A stretch of DNA of 64,000 bases, taken from Haliotis cracherodii (Eukaryota). Each line of letters starts with the position of its first letter. Position 1 is the first letter of the stretch. The notes below the pieces were generated by a model. It had not been told where the DNA came from, did no database searches, and saw only the letters and a program-made list of their open reading frames with translations. Below are positions 50,184 through 62,515 of the stretch, piece after piece. The position numbers and the translations under genes were made by a program. Location of the stretch: contig NW_027266272.1 in NCBI RefSeq assembly GCF_022045235.1, positions 6,758,001 through 6,822,000 of the forward strand, written 5' to 3'.

Positions 50184-50643
50184 ATGTGTTTCGAAAGGTT
50201 GAGAAAGAGAACGTTTCTACATATATGTCTACAAGTGGCGCTTCATTTTCATCTTGTGTCGTCTGTGTTCAATAAGGACAAATACACGCTGGGAGCAGAC
50301 GACAATCACGACTTTCGACTCAAGCGCTGGGCGGATGCTGCTTATCATTATATTCACAATCTAAACTGTGCCGTGGTCTTCTTCACGACTGCAAGAGAAT
50401 GTCGTCAGTTAGTAGCTATCCCCAAATCTGCTATGAACGTGTACGTGGCTGCCCCAACACCATACGGCAAATACCGCGCCAACTTGCCAGACGAAAGTTT
50501 AACAAGGTCCTCTTCCCACGAAGCCGTGCTGGTTGTCGACCCATACCCAGCCGCAAACTTTGGACACCTTGTGGTGGCATTCTATGTGGATGGGGGGATT
50601 TCTAGAAACCTTTGTGAAAAATCCGGTGGAACATATCTCCATG
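50184..50643 (+). CDS. First coding exon (153 codons + 1 nt) of a secreted Cys-containing pro-protein
   Basis: Kozak-like caaaaATG; basic then hydrophobic N-terminus; RLKR furin motif; non-repetitive globular sequence (DPYPAANFGHLVVAFYVD); phase-1 donor G|GTAGGT at 50644. Confidence 0.82.
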
Positions 50644-50835
50644 GTAGGTATCAAGTTTTTTATTTCTTTAAGAATACTCAGTGTATGTGTTGTGGACATT
50701 GCGAGTCGCGGTTGGTGAAACTGTTTAAAAGGATTTGTTGTGTCATGTATGATTTGTCCATTCAGCCTATGGTAGGTGTGGGTATATGATGGATCGACAC
50801 GACTACTGGCCCAATAGTCCGAGACTAGTGAAAAT

Positions 50836-50991
50836 NNNNNNNNNNNNNNNNNNNNNNNNNNNNNNNNNNNNNNNNNNNNNNNNNNNNNNNNNNNNNNNNN
50901 NNNNNNNNNNNNNNNNNNNNNNNNNNNNNNNNNNNNNNNNNNNNNNNNNNNNNNNNNNNNNNNNNNNNNNNNNNNNNNNNNNNNNNNNNNN
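50836..50991. other. Assembly gap (156 N)
   Basis: Run of N. Confidence 1.
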
Positions 50992-51609
50992 TCTTCCAAC
51001 CACAATAGTGTTTTTCATAATTCAGACATTTCAACGGGGTCACGGACCATCTCTTAAATACATCTCTACGCCATATGATCATTATTCCTATTATTCCAGG
51101 AATGCATAAATTGTCTATGTTTCTCATGCTCATAATTAATACCAGGAATTCGCATTTAGATTTACGCAAACCGCACGAGATGTATGCTAATGATTAAACG
51201 CACACCTAAGCAAGATTTTATCACGGCTGCACGAGCACGGGGAGTGTGATTTGCGAGACGCTCGTTAAAAGATGAAAAACTGTGGAGCATTGTCATAAAC
51301 ATTAACACCACCTAAATCTACTCTAAAACAATTGCTTCGTTATTCTAAATCATTCTGTTTACGCTTGCAGAGCGTGTGAGTGGAGTATGTACGTTTAAGC
51401 GTTAAAGGCGGTATGCGAGACTGACTTATGTTATGTGTCGATTCCCAAATTGAAACAATATGTTAACCCAGAAATCTTTACGAAAAGGAGTTTTGTGCGA
51501 AACCAACAAACAACCAACAAATGGTATATGATCAACAATTGTATTACAAAATTCACAAGGTATACAACTCAATACAAATTACTGCACAGCATTCACAGTG
51601 GCAGTACAT

Positions 51610-51789
51610 TTGGTTGGCTTGTTCGTTGTTTTACGCCACACTCAGCAATATTCCGGCTATATGACGGAGGTTTGTAAATAATCGACCTCGAATCCAGTGA
51701 TTAATATCATGAGCATCGGTCTACACAATTGGGATGGATGACATGCATCAAACAAGTCAGCGAGCCTGACCACCCGATCCCGTTAGTCG
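51610..51789 (-). mobile_element. SINE family A, 5'-truncated
   Basis: cacactcagcaatattccggctatatgacgg..aagtcagcgagcctgaccacccgatcccgttagtcg. Confidence 0.88.
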
Positions 51790-52296
51790 GGCAGTACATA
51801 ATATAGTTGTAGTACAATATTCAATGGCGGTATAAAATGGCAAGCATCCGAAACAGGTCTCGGAGGGGAATCAGGGGTTATAAGTGATCTTAACACAAAA
51901 GCTGGTCTTGAAGTAATGTCAGATGAAATGTGAGATGAGGCAGGGACGCGCCCGCTCCATTTGTATAGTCTTACCACCTTTTCCACCCAGTGCCAGACCG
52001 GTCGAGTGTCACGTGAACATCACAGAATATTCCACGTTTCTATAACGCTCGACACCCATCAATGTTTAATGATAATTCGAGCGTCTAAATATAATAACTT
52101 CCTCACCACTGCTTACATTAATTGGTACTACATTCCTGACAACTAATCTTTATCCAAATACAATGCAATGAACTTCTACTGAATCTCAACAGAAACAATG
52201 CAATACAGTCACAATCATTGTTCAACGTATGGATATTACTTACATGATATTCTAGTTCAGTTCTGGCTGAGCTTGTGTGACGTCTTACTCGTGTAT

Positions 52297-52622
52297 CAGA
52301 GTTGCGTCCCTTAGGCTTACCAGGATCATAGGTTCGAATCCCAGATCCGCTCTGAATATGATCTTTTGTTTGTCAGCATCGTAACCTTTCTCATGGGTTT
52401 CAATTGCGTCACTTAGGCTTGACAAGATCATGGGTTCGAATCCCAGATTCTCCCTGAATATGATCCTTGGTTTATCAAAATTGTAACCCTTTTCATGGGT
52501 TACACGAAAAATGTAAGACTTATGTCACTTCGGGTTTTCCTTCCACATCAAGCTAGCTGAGTTGCCGTGATGTTACTGAAAAAACTGTTTAAAGCGGCGT
52601 TAAATCCAACCCACTCACTAAC
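52297..52622 (+). mobile_element. SINE family D with internally duplicated B-box segment
   Basis: ggttcgaatcccagat..ctgaatatgatc occurs twice; tail aaagcggcgttaaatccaacccactcact. Confidence 0.8.
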
Positions 52623-52785
52623 TTTGGCTGCTGGCGATCTGTAGCCCGTTTGAATATATTGTTGAATAATAGGTTATTCTTTTAATTGTTCTAAACTAGT
52701 TTTACTTACAAACTGTGATATGCTAGTTGTTATACTGTCCGTCGATGACAGGTTTTTTTATTTTAATGTCAGTATCATAAATGTT

Positions 52786-52848
52786 CTCGTCACGATATGG
52801 CTGAAATATTGCCGATGTGACGTAAAGCTTTAACTCACTCACTCACTC
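52786..52848 (+). mobile_element. Isolated SINE/LINE 3' tail with (ACTC)n
   Basis: cgtcacgatatggctgaaatattgccgatgtgacgtaaa..actcactc. Confidence 0.7.
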
Positions 52849-53335
52849 TGAGCGAAGCCACACAGCGCTAAAAAGGCGAAGCACTCCCTCACTCAATTTA
52901 GCCGACACTGCACCTTTAAGAGCTTATTCCGTTTTGTCGACCATAACAGCTGTATTGTAACGCACATACCGTGGTTTACGAGTAAGTGTTCTCAACACGA
53001 TATAAATCCATTTATTTAATGTTACGTTATAGTCAGGTTTGCCTCAGGTAGATGTAAGCAAAACGGGTCAAATGTAAGGTCAACTTAGTACTAGTGATTG
53101 CGGAATGCAAGGAGGTATCAAACAACCGTTGGTGTATAATACTCGTCCAGGGCTGGTGATGCATAAGGAGGACTTCAGATCGAGCACTTTATGTCAATAG
53201 TAATGCAGAATCAAAGTCGGTCAAGAGCAGTTCAAGCTTTTAAAGGGTCATGGTTGTATCTGAGTTTTTAACAAGTGGAACAATGATCGCAACAATTATT
53301 TTAGGTGTTTGGTATTGTATTTTTTTCGTGGTCTA

Positions 53336-53500
53336 GTGAGTGAGTGAGTGAGTATGGTTTTACGCAGCCTTTCGCAATAATCCAGCAAAAACACAGCGAT
53401 GGACACCATGAATGGGCTTCACACGTTGTACTCATGTTTGGAATAGAACCCGGACCTTCGGTGTGATGAGCGAACGCTTAAACCACTAGGCTACTCCACC
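53336..53500 (-). mobile_element. SINE family C
   Basis: (gagt)n tail through aaccactaggctac. Confidence 0.88.
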
Positions 53501-53538
53501 CATCCACCCCTTCATTATACAGAGACACTATAGAGAGG

Positions 53539-53805
53539 GTGGCCCAGTCTTCTAAGGCGCCGCGAATCGCTCTGCAGAGTTGCGTCCCTTGGGCACGCCA
53601 GAAACCTATGATTGTGGGTTCGAATCCCGGTTCGCCCCACTTATGTTTCTAGGTTTGTCAGCACCATACCCGTGCTCGTGGGTTTCACCGAAGTGGTAAA
53701 CGTTTGAGACCTGCTTCACTTCGGGCTTTCCCCCCACATTAAGCTGACACGCCGCGATATGACTGGAATACTGTTAAAAGCGGCGTTAAACCCAACTCAC
53801 TCACT
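53539..53805 (+). mobile_element. SINE family D with 13-bp TSD
   Basis: TSD cactatagagagg at 53526-53538 and 53806-53818; tRNA-Leu-like A box gtggcccagtc..ctaaggcgcc; B box at 53617. Confidence 0.93.
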
Positions 53806-54063
53806 CACTATAGAGAGGAATGCATGTTTTAAGGTGTTGTTCCTAACGCGACTCAGTGCAACGTTACCACATTTTATCCACAGAGTTCTGGTAACCGTGT
53901 CTGGGTCAAAGAGTTTCCGAACTAACAGTACACTGAGTACCGAGTCAGTAGGTTTCTCCAAGCTGTGCCGGACTGCAGGGTGTTCGATGGAGATGTGGTA
54001 TAATATAGTATTTTAACATGATGGTTTCATCATTCTGACATGGAGGTATGATGAGGTTAATTA

Positions 54064-54908
54064 GGAGATAAACATACTGTGTTTTCAATGTAGAGCTAGG
54101 TTACGAGTAGAACCGCGCTAAATTGAATTTGGAACCGAAAGCGCAGCGTGAGGTTTCAAATGTTAAATTTAGCGCGGTTAAATCTACAGGTAACCTAGCT
54201 CTACATTGAAAACACAGTATATTTATCACCATTCTACCATGACCAAATAAAATGCGAACTCTTTGGTGTTAGCAAATATACTGAGTGAAGCGGCATGGGT
54301 TGAGTTCAGTGTTTTGAGTGGGTTATCGATCTGAATTACGGAATCCCCGAACAAAATATGGTGTTGTATATACTCAAGCAGTTTGTTTACACCCTAATAC
54401 TTCAGTCGAACATATGACAGGCACTGAAAGCAGGGAACTTGGTAGAGCTAACATGAGGTGGGCATCCCTAAAGAAAACAAAGCAAGCTTTGCAAGGCTTT
54501 CGCTCTACATCGCACGTCACCATTATGACGCTCATTGTGACGCAAAAGATATGACGTCACACTCGTGTATATAGAAAAGCGCTGAAATTCCAAGCTCTCT
54601 GTTGTCTCCAAAACGTAAAAACATTTCCTTTGTAGATTTCTATCGTGTTTTCTGCACGTGTTTTCTGTATTGCCACACATCCTTTAATATTGTAGTAACC
54701 GCATCTGTGCATTTTGTAACCAGTAATTGTAGATATAATTATTTAAATATGCCTACCGACAATGACTGAAAAAAGTACTATTCTATGAATATTAGCTTCC
54801 GCAGTGATGCGGCCGTCAAACCAGCTGTTTCAATCAGAGGGGGTTTATTGTGATTTGAACCTCTGATTGACCAATCAGAATCGAGTAAATTCCAAATTCA
54901 TGGTAGAA
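54064..54908 (-). mobile_element. Composite element G, second (inverted) copy
   Basis: Palindrome at 54064-54230 then TIR body at 54231-54908; reverse-complement homolog of 38784-39572. Confidence 0.85.
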
Positions 54909-55241
54909 CTGAGTTTATTTTCATTCCGAAACTTGATCAGGCATGTGTCTGTCTGTCTGTCTGTCTGTTCGTGTGCTGACTCCGAGCGACCGGTGAGATC
55001 TGCACACGAGAGAGTGAGCTTTGATCAGCGCCGCTTTCAATCGTACTTCAGGACGTATGTGTGATTCAAGCAACATAAGCCGAGGCTTATATCACATTCC
55101 CGTGGGCCTCCCACCGCCCGCAGTGTTGTTTCGACAACAAAAAGGAGGGGGGGGGGGGATAGTTGAAGATGCAGCCACACCTAACTTGACTATATTCCTG
55201 TCTCCACGTAGAATATGCTATATGATCGAACTGTTGCCGAT

Positions 55242-55484
55242 TTCTTTCTTTTTTAACGCCGCACTCAGCAATATTTCATATATGACGGCGGTCCGTAACT
55301 ATTCGAGTCTGGACCAGACAATCCATTGATTGACATCATGAATTGGAATGCAATGACATGCATCAACCAAGTCGGCGAGCCTGACCACCCGATCCCGTTT
55401 GTCGCCTCTTATGACAAGCGTTGTCGCTTTTTACGGCAAGCATGGGTTGGTGAAGACCTATTCTACCCCGGATCTTCACGGGTC
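55242..55484 (-). mobile_element. SINE family A, full length
   Basis: Same 5' end (GACCCGTG); probable TSD gccgat at 55236-55241 and 55485-55490. Confidence 0.9.
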
Positions 55485-55857
55485 GCCGATGCCACGTGAA
55501 CACAACAAACGAGCACCTCCGGTTTCGTTGTATAATTATTCATGTTTCAGCGTGACTGCGTAGGGAATCGACCTTTTTTTACAAAATGATATATAAGTAA
55601 ACGTGATTTCTATGTACCACGTGGCCTCTTTGTGAGGTGACGGGTGTGACCCCCGGAGACTAATACAAGGCTGCTCTACGACCCTGATACACTGTAAGGA
55701 ATGGCAAAACCGTTGGAATCCAGTACCAAAAAAAAGAAATTTGACTTGAGTTGTTTTAACAGCGTAAAAACTAATATTAGGACAGGGCAGGTCATGCGAC
55801 TCATGGAATTTAGCGAATTGAACTCTTCCTCAAAGTAGCAATGAATGATCAGTAATG

Positions 55858-56024
55858 CGTGAATGAGTGAGTGTGGATTTACGCCGCTTTTAGCAATATT
55901 CCAGCAATATCATGGCGGGGGACACCAGAAATGGGCTTCACACGTTGTACCCATGTCGGGAATCGAACCCGGGTCTTCGGCGTGACGAGCTAACACTTTA
56001 CCCACTAGGCTACCCGACCGCCCC
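55858..56024 (-). mobile_element. SINE family C, full length with 15-bp TSD
   Basis: TSD gaatgatcagtaatg at 55843-55857 and 56025-56039. Confidence 0.95.
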
Positions 56025-56289
56025 GAATGATCAGTAATGAATGATATATGTGGGTAATGAGTCCCCGCTTTGAAATGTGAATAAAGTTGGATTAAGATTT
56101 GCTGTCTAAATATAAGGGGATGTATTCAAGTTGTCAACAATTCGAGACTCCTCTTTTGCTGAGTCATGTCTTCCTTACTTTAAATGGGTATCGGTTGGTT
56201 AACATGGGTGGCGGTTGTGTGTAGTGTAGGGTCGTACCGCAGCCGTGTAGAACACATAATGTATTGACTCCTTATCCCATTAAAGTGAC

Positions 56290-56515
56290 TTTGTTGTTTC
56301 ATGCCGCACTCAGCAATTTCCAGCAATATGACGGCGGCTGTAAATACAGTAAACTACGTTTATAACGAACACGCTTATGACGAACTGACGGATATAACGA
56401 ACTTACTTTATTGTCCCGACTATTTGTGGTAGTTATGCTGTATATATGCTTATAACGTTTGGACCAGACAATACAATGATCGATAGTGTGAACAATGACA
56501 CGATCAGCCCAGTCG
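56290..56515 (-). mobile_element. SINE family A remnant interrupted by a TA/CAGT (pogo/Tc-type) MITE end at about 56345-56457
   Basis: A sequence stops after ctgtaaata and resumes at ggaccagacaat; insert starts (ta)cagtaaac and has repeated tataacg. Confidence 0.6.
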
Positions 56516-56971
56516 CCAATGTAAGAGTCAACTGTGATGAAATATACATCAAACAGATGTCACAGACATGATACTCTATTCTTTAATTCAACTCGGTATA
56601 CATGTCCTGATATCTACAAGATAACACATCTTTAATTAAAGTTATGTAATCCAATAATGTACTGGATAACACGCAGATTGTATCTGAAAACTAACTGACA
56701 TTTTTCGCGAAGTGAAATTGACAACGCGATGACTGCAATAGACAAGGTTTGTAAAGTAATGAATTGCATCCCTCTTAACGGCAACACCTGTTTTACATCT
56801 GTGTGTCCGGGGGCTACCGGACTGATATACATGTAGATTTACCGCAGTAGATGCAATCTTCCACTTTATTGTTCAACCACACAAGACGCCGGTTTGAAAC
56901 TCACGTCCAGGGGCCATCTCAAAGGTAGTCGTGAAGCGTGTGACGCGAAATTGCGTCAGATAAATTGTTTT

Positions 56972-57050
56972 CTTGTTTGTTTGCTTGCTTGTTTGTTTAA
57001 CGACGCACCCAGCAATAGCCCAGCTATATTGCGGTGGTCTGTAAATAATA
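56972..57050 (-). mobile_element. SINE family A tail
   Basis: (ttgt)n, cgcacccagcaatag..gcggtggtctgtaaataat. Confidence 0.7.
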
Positions 57051-57211
57051 GACAGATAAACTGAAACTAGCATTTTGGAAAAGGGGTAGTTGAAAAAATG
57101 CCTATAATTATCACATTTCAAGTTTTTGGAAACCTGTGCGCTGGCTCCAAGCCTATCGCGTAGAAACAAGAACATGTGGTCTTTCTTGGAAGAGTAATTC
57201 TTTATCGATAT

Positions 57212-57468
57212 ACCCGTGAAGATCCGGGGTAGAATATGTCTTCAGCAACCCATGCTTGTCGTAAAAGGTGACTATGCTTGTCGTAAGAAGCGACTAACAG
57301 GATCGGGTGGTCAGGCTGGATGACTCGGTTGATGCATGTCATCGTATCCCAATTGTGTAGATTGATGCTCGTTATGTCAATGACTGGATTATCTGGCCCA
57401 AACTTGATTATTTACAGGCCACCGTCATTTAGCTGGAATATTGCTTAGGGGCATTAAACAACAAACAA
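57212..57468 (+). mobile_element. SINE family A, full length
   Basis: acccgtgaagatccggggtagaatatgtcttcagcaaccc..taaacaacaaac. Confidence 0.9.
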
Positions 57469-57888
57469 TCACATATTACACATTTACACATTTTGGTCAT
57501 TGGTTCAAATTACCATTAAATTTTCATTTTTCATTTAAAAGTTCATTTATATCATACAGGTAAATTTGTTTACAGCTTATGATAGAATTGATGTGTATTC
57601 AGGATCAGTGTCATCTGTTAAGAAGAGATGTAACTTCAGGTTACATTGTAAATAAATTTAATTACTGTGCACACCACATGCACAGTTTTTTTTCAAATAG
57701 TGTTTCATAAAAAATGGAATTAATTACTCTGCTTGTGTGAGTCGCTAACAATTGGTAGATTGCCCAGTGAAAAGGGAAAGTGGGATGTGTGTCAAGTCTC
57801 TATTTTAACACGATACACGTCACTCATTTATTCGTTGTTGTCGCTTGTTACAATTACACATCCTGACAGAAATGTATAAATATTACAA

Positions 57889-58049
57889 GTGAGTGAGTGA
57901 GTATGGTTTTACACCGTTTTAACAATATTCCAGCAATATTACGGCGGGGGACACCAGAAATGGGCTTCGCACATTGTACCCATGAGAATCGAACCCGGAT
58001 CTTCGGTGTGACATGCGAACACTTTAAACACTAGGCTACCCACCGCCCC
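57889..58049 (-). mobile_element. SINE family C
   Basis: (gagt)n tail through ctaggctacccaccgcccc. Confidence 0.9.
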
Positions 58050-58364
58050 ATGTATCAAGTTATCAAACAGAGAATTTATACATAATAACATTCATTTATG
58101 AAACTACCAAATATGTGTGTGCTATTATAACAAATATATATAATTCCAAGGAAGGTTTAGCTCAATACAACATAATAGGTAACTACATCGGGTTGATAAC
58201 AGAGAGTGTGAACGTGGTTGTTATGGCGAGTCAGGTCACCATCAGCATCCCAGTAAGAATGACCTTCACATTGTTCCCGTGTGCGAGACGAACCCATTCC
58301 CAGCTCGACCAAACATGTGATCGCTTCTACCGCAAGGCCAACCCCGTTTCCTTGATGTTATAAA

Positions 58365-58520
58365 TGTTTGTTTTTTAACGCTGCATTCAGATCAATCTCT
58401 TTATGACTGCGGCTGTAAATAACCGAGTCTGAAGCAAACAAGCCAGTGATTGATATTATGAACAACGGCCCACGGGATACGATGACAGGCAACAAGACAT
58501 CGAGCATGGCCACCTGATCC
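58365..58520 (-). mobile_element. SINE family A, degenerate
   Basis: ctgtaaataaccgagtctg..ccagtgattgat..gggatacgatgaca. Confidence 0.65.
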
Positions 58521-58597
58521 TCTAAAACGTTTCTAACGAGTACAGCTTTTTGGGTATAATCATAGCCGGAAATTTTCAAGGTGTTTTATTATTATTA

Positions 58598-58949
58598 GGT
58601 GAGGTGAGATTGGGTTTAACGTCGCGTCCAAGATTATTGCACTTATATAGCGACGTGCATGTACGTGTGTGTGTTTGTGTGGCTGCTTGTACTAGTCCGG
58701 ACTGATGCCGATTTATAGTGCTAGCACACTGAGATACCATGCCGCAGTTTTACATGAATACCCCACTCAGACACAGTATAATGACTCCGAGCCGACCGCT
58801 CCTTGTCTTAGCCCCTTACTGCCGAGCGCAAGACAGGGTAACAACAAGTACCATCTTTTAACGTCTTTTGGTATGATGCCGACGGGGAACGAACCTCGGA
58901 CTTTCCGCTCTCCGGGCGGACGTTCTACCACTGGACCACGGAGGCTGTC
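58598..58949 (-). mobile_element. SINE family B, full length
   Basis: Complete reverse-complement copy; probable TSD tattatta. Confidence 0.93.
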
Positions 58950-58959
58950 TATTATTACA

Positions 58960-59168
58960 GGTGAGGGGATGCTAGGTGAAATGGGGCCGCGTGCAAGAGT
59001 CCGGACTTCTGCCGTTTTTATAGTGCTGGCAGTTTAACATTGCTACAGCCCCTTAATGGCGACCGCGAGGCAGGGTAACAAAAAGAATTATCTTTTAAAG
59101 TCTTTTGGTCGAACCCCCGTCCTTCCGATTTCCTTGAAGACACTCTTTTCACTAACCACTGAGGCGGG
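58960..59168 (-). mobile_element. SINE family B, older deleted copy
   Basis: ggtgaaatgggg, tttatagtgct, cagggtaaca, tcgaacccc. Confidence 0.7.
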
Positions 59169-59312
59169 CTATTTGTATTTGAAGTATCCAAAGCCTTCTC
59201 CATGTAAACACAACTACGTATCAAAGATATAACTGTTTGTCAAACAAAACATTACCAAGACAGACGTGTATACGAAAATCCTAGTTTGTATGTTACTTTT
59301 ATGATATTTAAG

Positions 59313-59446
59313 AGGTCGGTGGGGTAATCTAGTGGTTAAAGCGTTCCGGAAAGGTCCGTGTTCGATTCCCCTATTGGGTGTCCCCCGCCATGATATTGCT
59401 GGAATATTGATGAAAGCGGTGGAAAACCATACTCACTCACCCACTC
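59313..59446 (+). mobile_element. SINE family C with deletions
   Basis: ctagtggttaaagcgttc, gttcgattccc, gatattgctggaatattg, catactcactca. Confidence 0.82.
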
Positions 59447-61002
59447 ATTATGTGAAGCATTTTAATATACTTTTAATTATTTTATTATTATTTTAATGAT
59501 ATTGAAATCATGTAATGAAATACAAAGGAGCAATTCATAATTTTATATATGGTGTCGGTCAGAACGGGCAGGAATTTATTTGGGAACTATTTCAGTCACG
59601 TGACTATCACATGATTGCAGCTTATCTCATTGGGTAATAGCGTTTCGTCGAATGTAAGTGTATTTAAAATTCCCCTTCATCGTTAATAGTTTCCGAAATA
59701 GTCAAAAATATCCGGTAAACTCTATGCGGCGGTATCCGGCAGTTCTACATGTGTTCATATCACTACGCCAGTTCGGCGCAAGATCAGTAACGGAGTTATC
59801 CGAGTGATTCCGATTGGTAAACATAGTCCAGACCTAAAGGTACAACAGGGGATACAGACATCATAAAAGCTGCACTGGAAGTATCCAAAGATACACACGC
59901 TAGATTATTTTCAGATCATCAGTCATCATGTTGGCTGAGGTGTCTAACATAAACCTACGTGCGAACTAACGAGCACCTTGTCATCATGGCACTAACCAAT
60001 CAGCTGTCCTCTTACAAACATCCCTCTGATAGATCTACGATGACGTCACGGTATCGGTTTCCATAGCAACAAAGACATAAAACCAAGACACCTTGTGTAA
60101 ATACGTTTTTGCAAATATTTTTTCGACTCACCTTTCCACTGAAGTATCAGATTGTTTTCATTGTATCAAACTACAAATGCATTCGACGGCTGGTGTCTTG
60201 TGTTGTTCCTGGCAGAGATCCTGCTGATTGTGTTAACACAATACTGGTCGTTGTGTTACTGAAGACTCGGCATAAAACATGAGCTGGGTTTAATGAGGAG
60301 TCTCATTCTTCTGTGAAGCCCTGTACTTTGAAGCTTGGATGGCATGTTTGGAAATATTTGATGAATTTGCCGACAAGGATTCATGTTTGTATGAAGGTCA
60401 CCCAACACTGACTAATGCACGCCTATCTTATAGGACACATTAGACAGGTCGTGTCAGGCTGCAATGTAGACTATTAGTACATAATATCAAATTGTTTGAA
60501 AATGTATATCTAAAAAGAAAAGAAGAAAAAAATCAAATAAAACCCAGAACAATCCTTACATTCAGAGAAATCTAGACTTGCCGAATAATTCTAGACTTGA
60601 GTTGGGTTGCTTTTTAATTTATTCTCTAATGTCTAGGAGACAGACAAGTGCAGCGTAATTTCAGAATTTTGGACGTGTTTTGTTACATTCTGTTAGCATT
60701 TTTTGGTATAAAGGAAGTTTTTTTAGGTTCATTGGAAATCAATTCTTGAGCATCGAATATCTGTTTCGAATTCTGCGGATTGAATTGTTGTCAATATCAT
60801 ATTCCTATCTGATCTGCCCATGCTACATATGCCAATAATACCACACTAAATCCATGTATGATATTGAAATGTAAAATATTATGGAAAAGGAAAAGAATTA
60901 ATTAAAAATATTTTTAAAATATGATATTCCAGTTGCGTACAATGCTCGGCATGGAGATCTTTAACAGTATATAAGTCACACAAAGACCTAATGCTGACGG
61001 GA

Positions 61003-61285
61003 CACGGGTGGTCCAGTCCATTAAGGCGCCGCAATTTGCTGTGCAGAGTTGCGTCCCTTGGGCACGCCAGAAACCTATGATTGTGGGATTGAATCCCGGT
61101 TTGCCCCGATTATGTTTCCAGGTTTGTCAGCACCATACCCGTGCTCGTGGGTTTCATCAAAGTGGTAAACGTCTGAGACGTGCATCACTTTTTTTCCTCC
61201 CACTTTAAGCTGACACGCTTAAACACATGGTATAACTGGAATCGTGTTAAATGCGGCGTTAAACAAAACTCACTCACTCACTCAC
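61003..61285 (+). mobile_element. SINE family D, full length
   Basis: gtggtccagtccattaaggcgccgc..gcagagttgcgtcccttggg..(actc)n. Confidence 0.9.
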
Positions 61286-61917
61286 TTTATGTTGAACTGA
61301 GATATTTTTAATAACTGGTTGTCATATCGATATCGTGTTGACATGCCAAGCGTTATGATCGGTCCATGAATACGACTGGTGAAGATCTTTAACCGATTAC
61401 TGTAAATTCCAGTTAGACAAACTTTGGGACCTTTAAAATCACGACGTTATGACCTTCTATACTCAAAGTGATATCTTTAGTGATTATAACAGGAAACGAA
61501 TTATCTGCCCTTGTTACGTCATGTGCTGGTAACAGTACATTTACGTAGAATGCAAGTTGAGTAGGTCACTTTTATTTATAATATGTTTAATATTGCAACT
61601 AAAGAGCTCCATGTTTGTCTATGTCATCGTCTCTCACAATAGTTTGTGTATATGGTTTGTATATATGGTTTGTGTGTGTATATCTTATATATCATTGCCA
61701 CATTTATCTTATTCGTTATCACTCTCATACGTTACCATGGAAATATATATAAACATTTACAAGTTACAAGTCACGAATCGTATTTAATTATTAACATATG
61801 TGGCTGTTCAGGTTAGTTTTGACGTCTCGTGCACCCTTTCTGGGAATCGATTTGGCAAAGTTTTAGTTTCAACTGAAATACGTGATAAAGTACTGGTCTT
61901 CATTCTGCCTTCATTAA

Positions 61918-62260
61918 GACCGCCTCCGTGGTCCAGTGGGAGAGGGTCCGCCCGGGGTTCGATCCCCAAAAGACGTTAAAAAATACCAAAAGACGTTAAA
62001 AGAGGGTACTTGTTGTTACCCTGTCTGGCGTTCGACATTAAGGGGCTAAACAAGGACTGGTCGGCTCGGTGTCAGTATACTGCGTCTGAGTGGGGTATCC
62101 ATGTTAAACTGCGGCATGGTATCTCAGTAGGCTAGCACTATAAATCGGCATTAGTCCGACCTAGTACAAGCACACACACAAGCACACACACGTACATGCA
62201 CGTCGCTATATAAGTGCAATAATCTTGGACGCGACGTTAAACCCAATCTCACCTCACCTC
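61918..62260 (+). mobile_element. SINE family B, near full length
   Basis: gaccgcctccgtggtccagtgg..ggacgcgacgttaaacccaatctcacctcacc. Confidence 0.92.
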
Positions 62261-62293
62261 TTCTTTCATTATTTGTGATGGCTATTGATGTCA

Positions 62294-62515
62294 GTTTGTT
62301 TGTTTGTTTGTTGTTTGTTTGTTACCTTAATGTTTAACGCCGCAATATTCCAGCTATATGACGGCGGTGAGTAAATATTTGAATCTGGACCAGAAGATCC
62401 AGTGATCAATATTGCGTGCAACGACCCATGCCATCGGGGTGCGATGATACGCTACCAAACAAGTCAACGAGCCTGACCACCCGTTCCATTTGGTCGCCTC
62501 TTACGACCTGCACGG
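62294..62515 (-). mobile_element. SINE family A, degenerate
   Basis: (gttt)n, aatattccagctatatgacggcgg, cgagcctgaccaccc, gtcgcctcttacgac. Confidence 0.85.

Noticed and set aside
50644-50789. C-terminal 48 aa of the 201-aa ORF
   Set aside because: Read-through past a strong GTAGGT donor into T-rich intron-like sequence
60170-60450. Possible second exon or transposase remnant
   Set aside because: Frames are short and closed; no motif I can support
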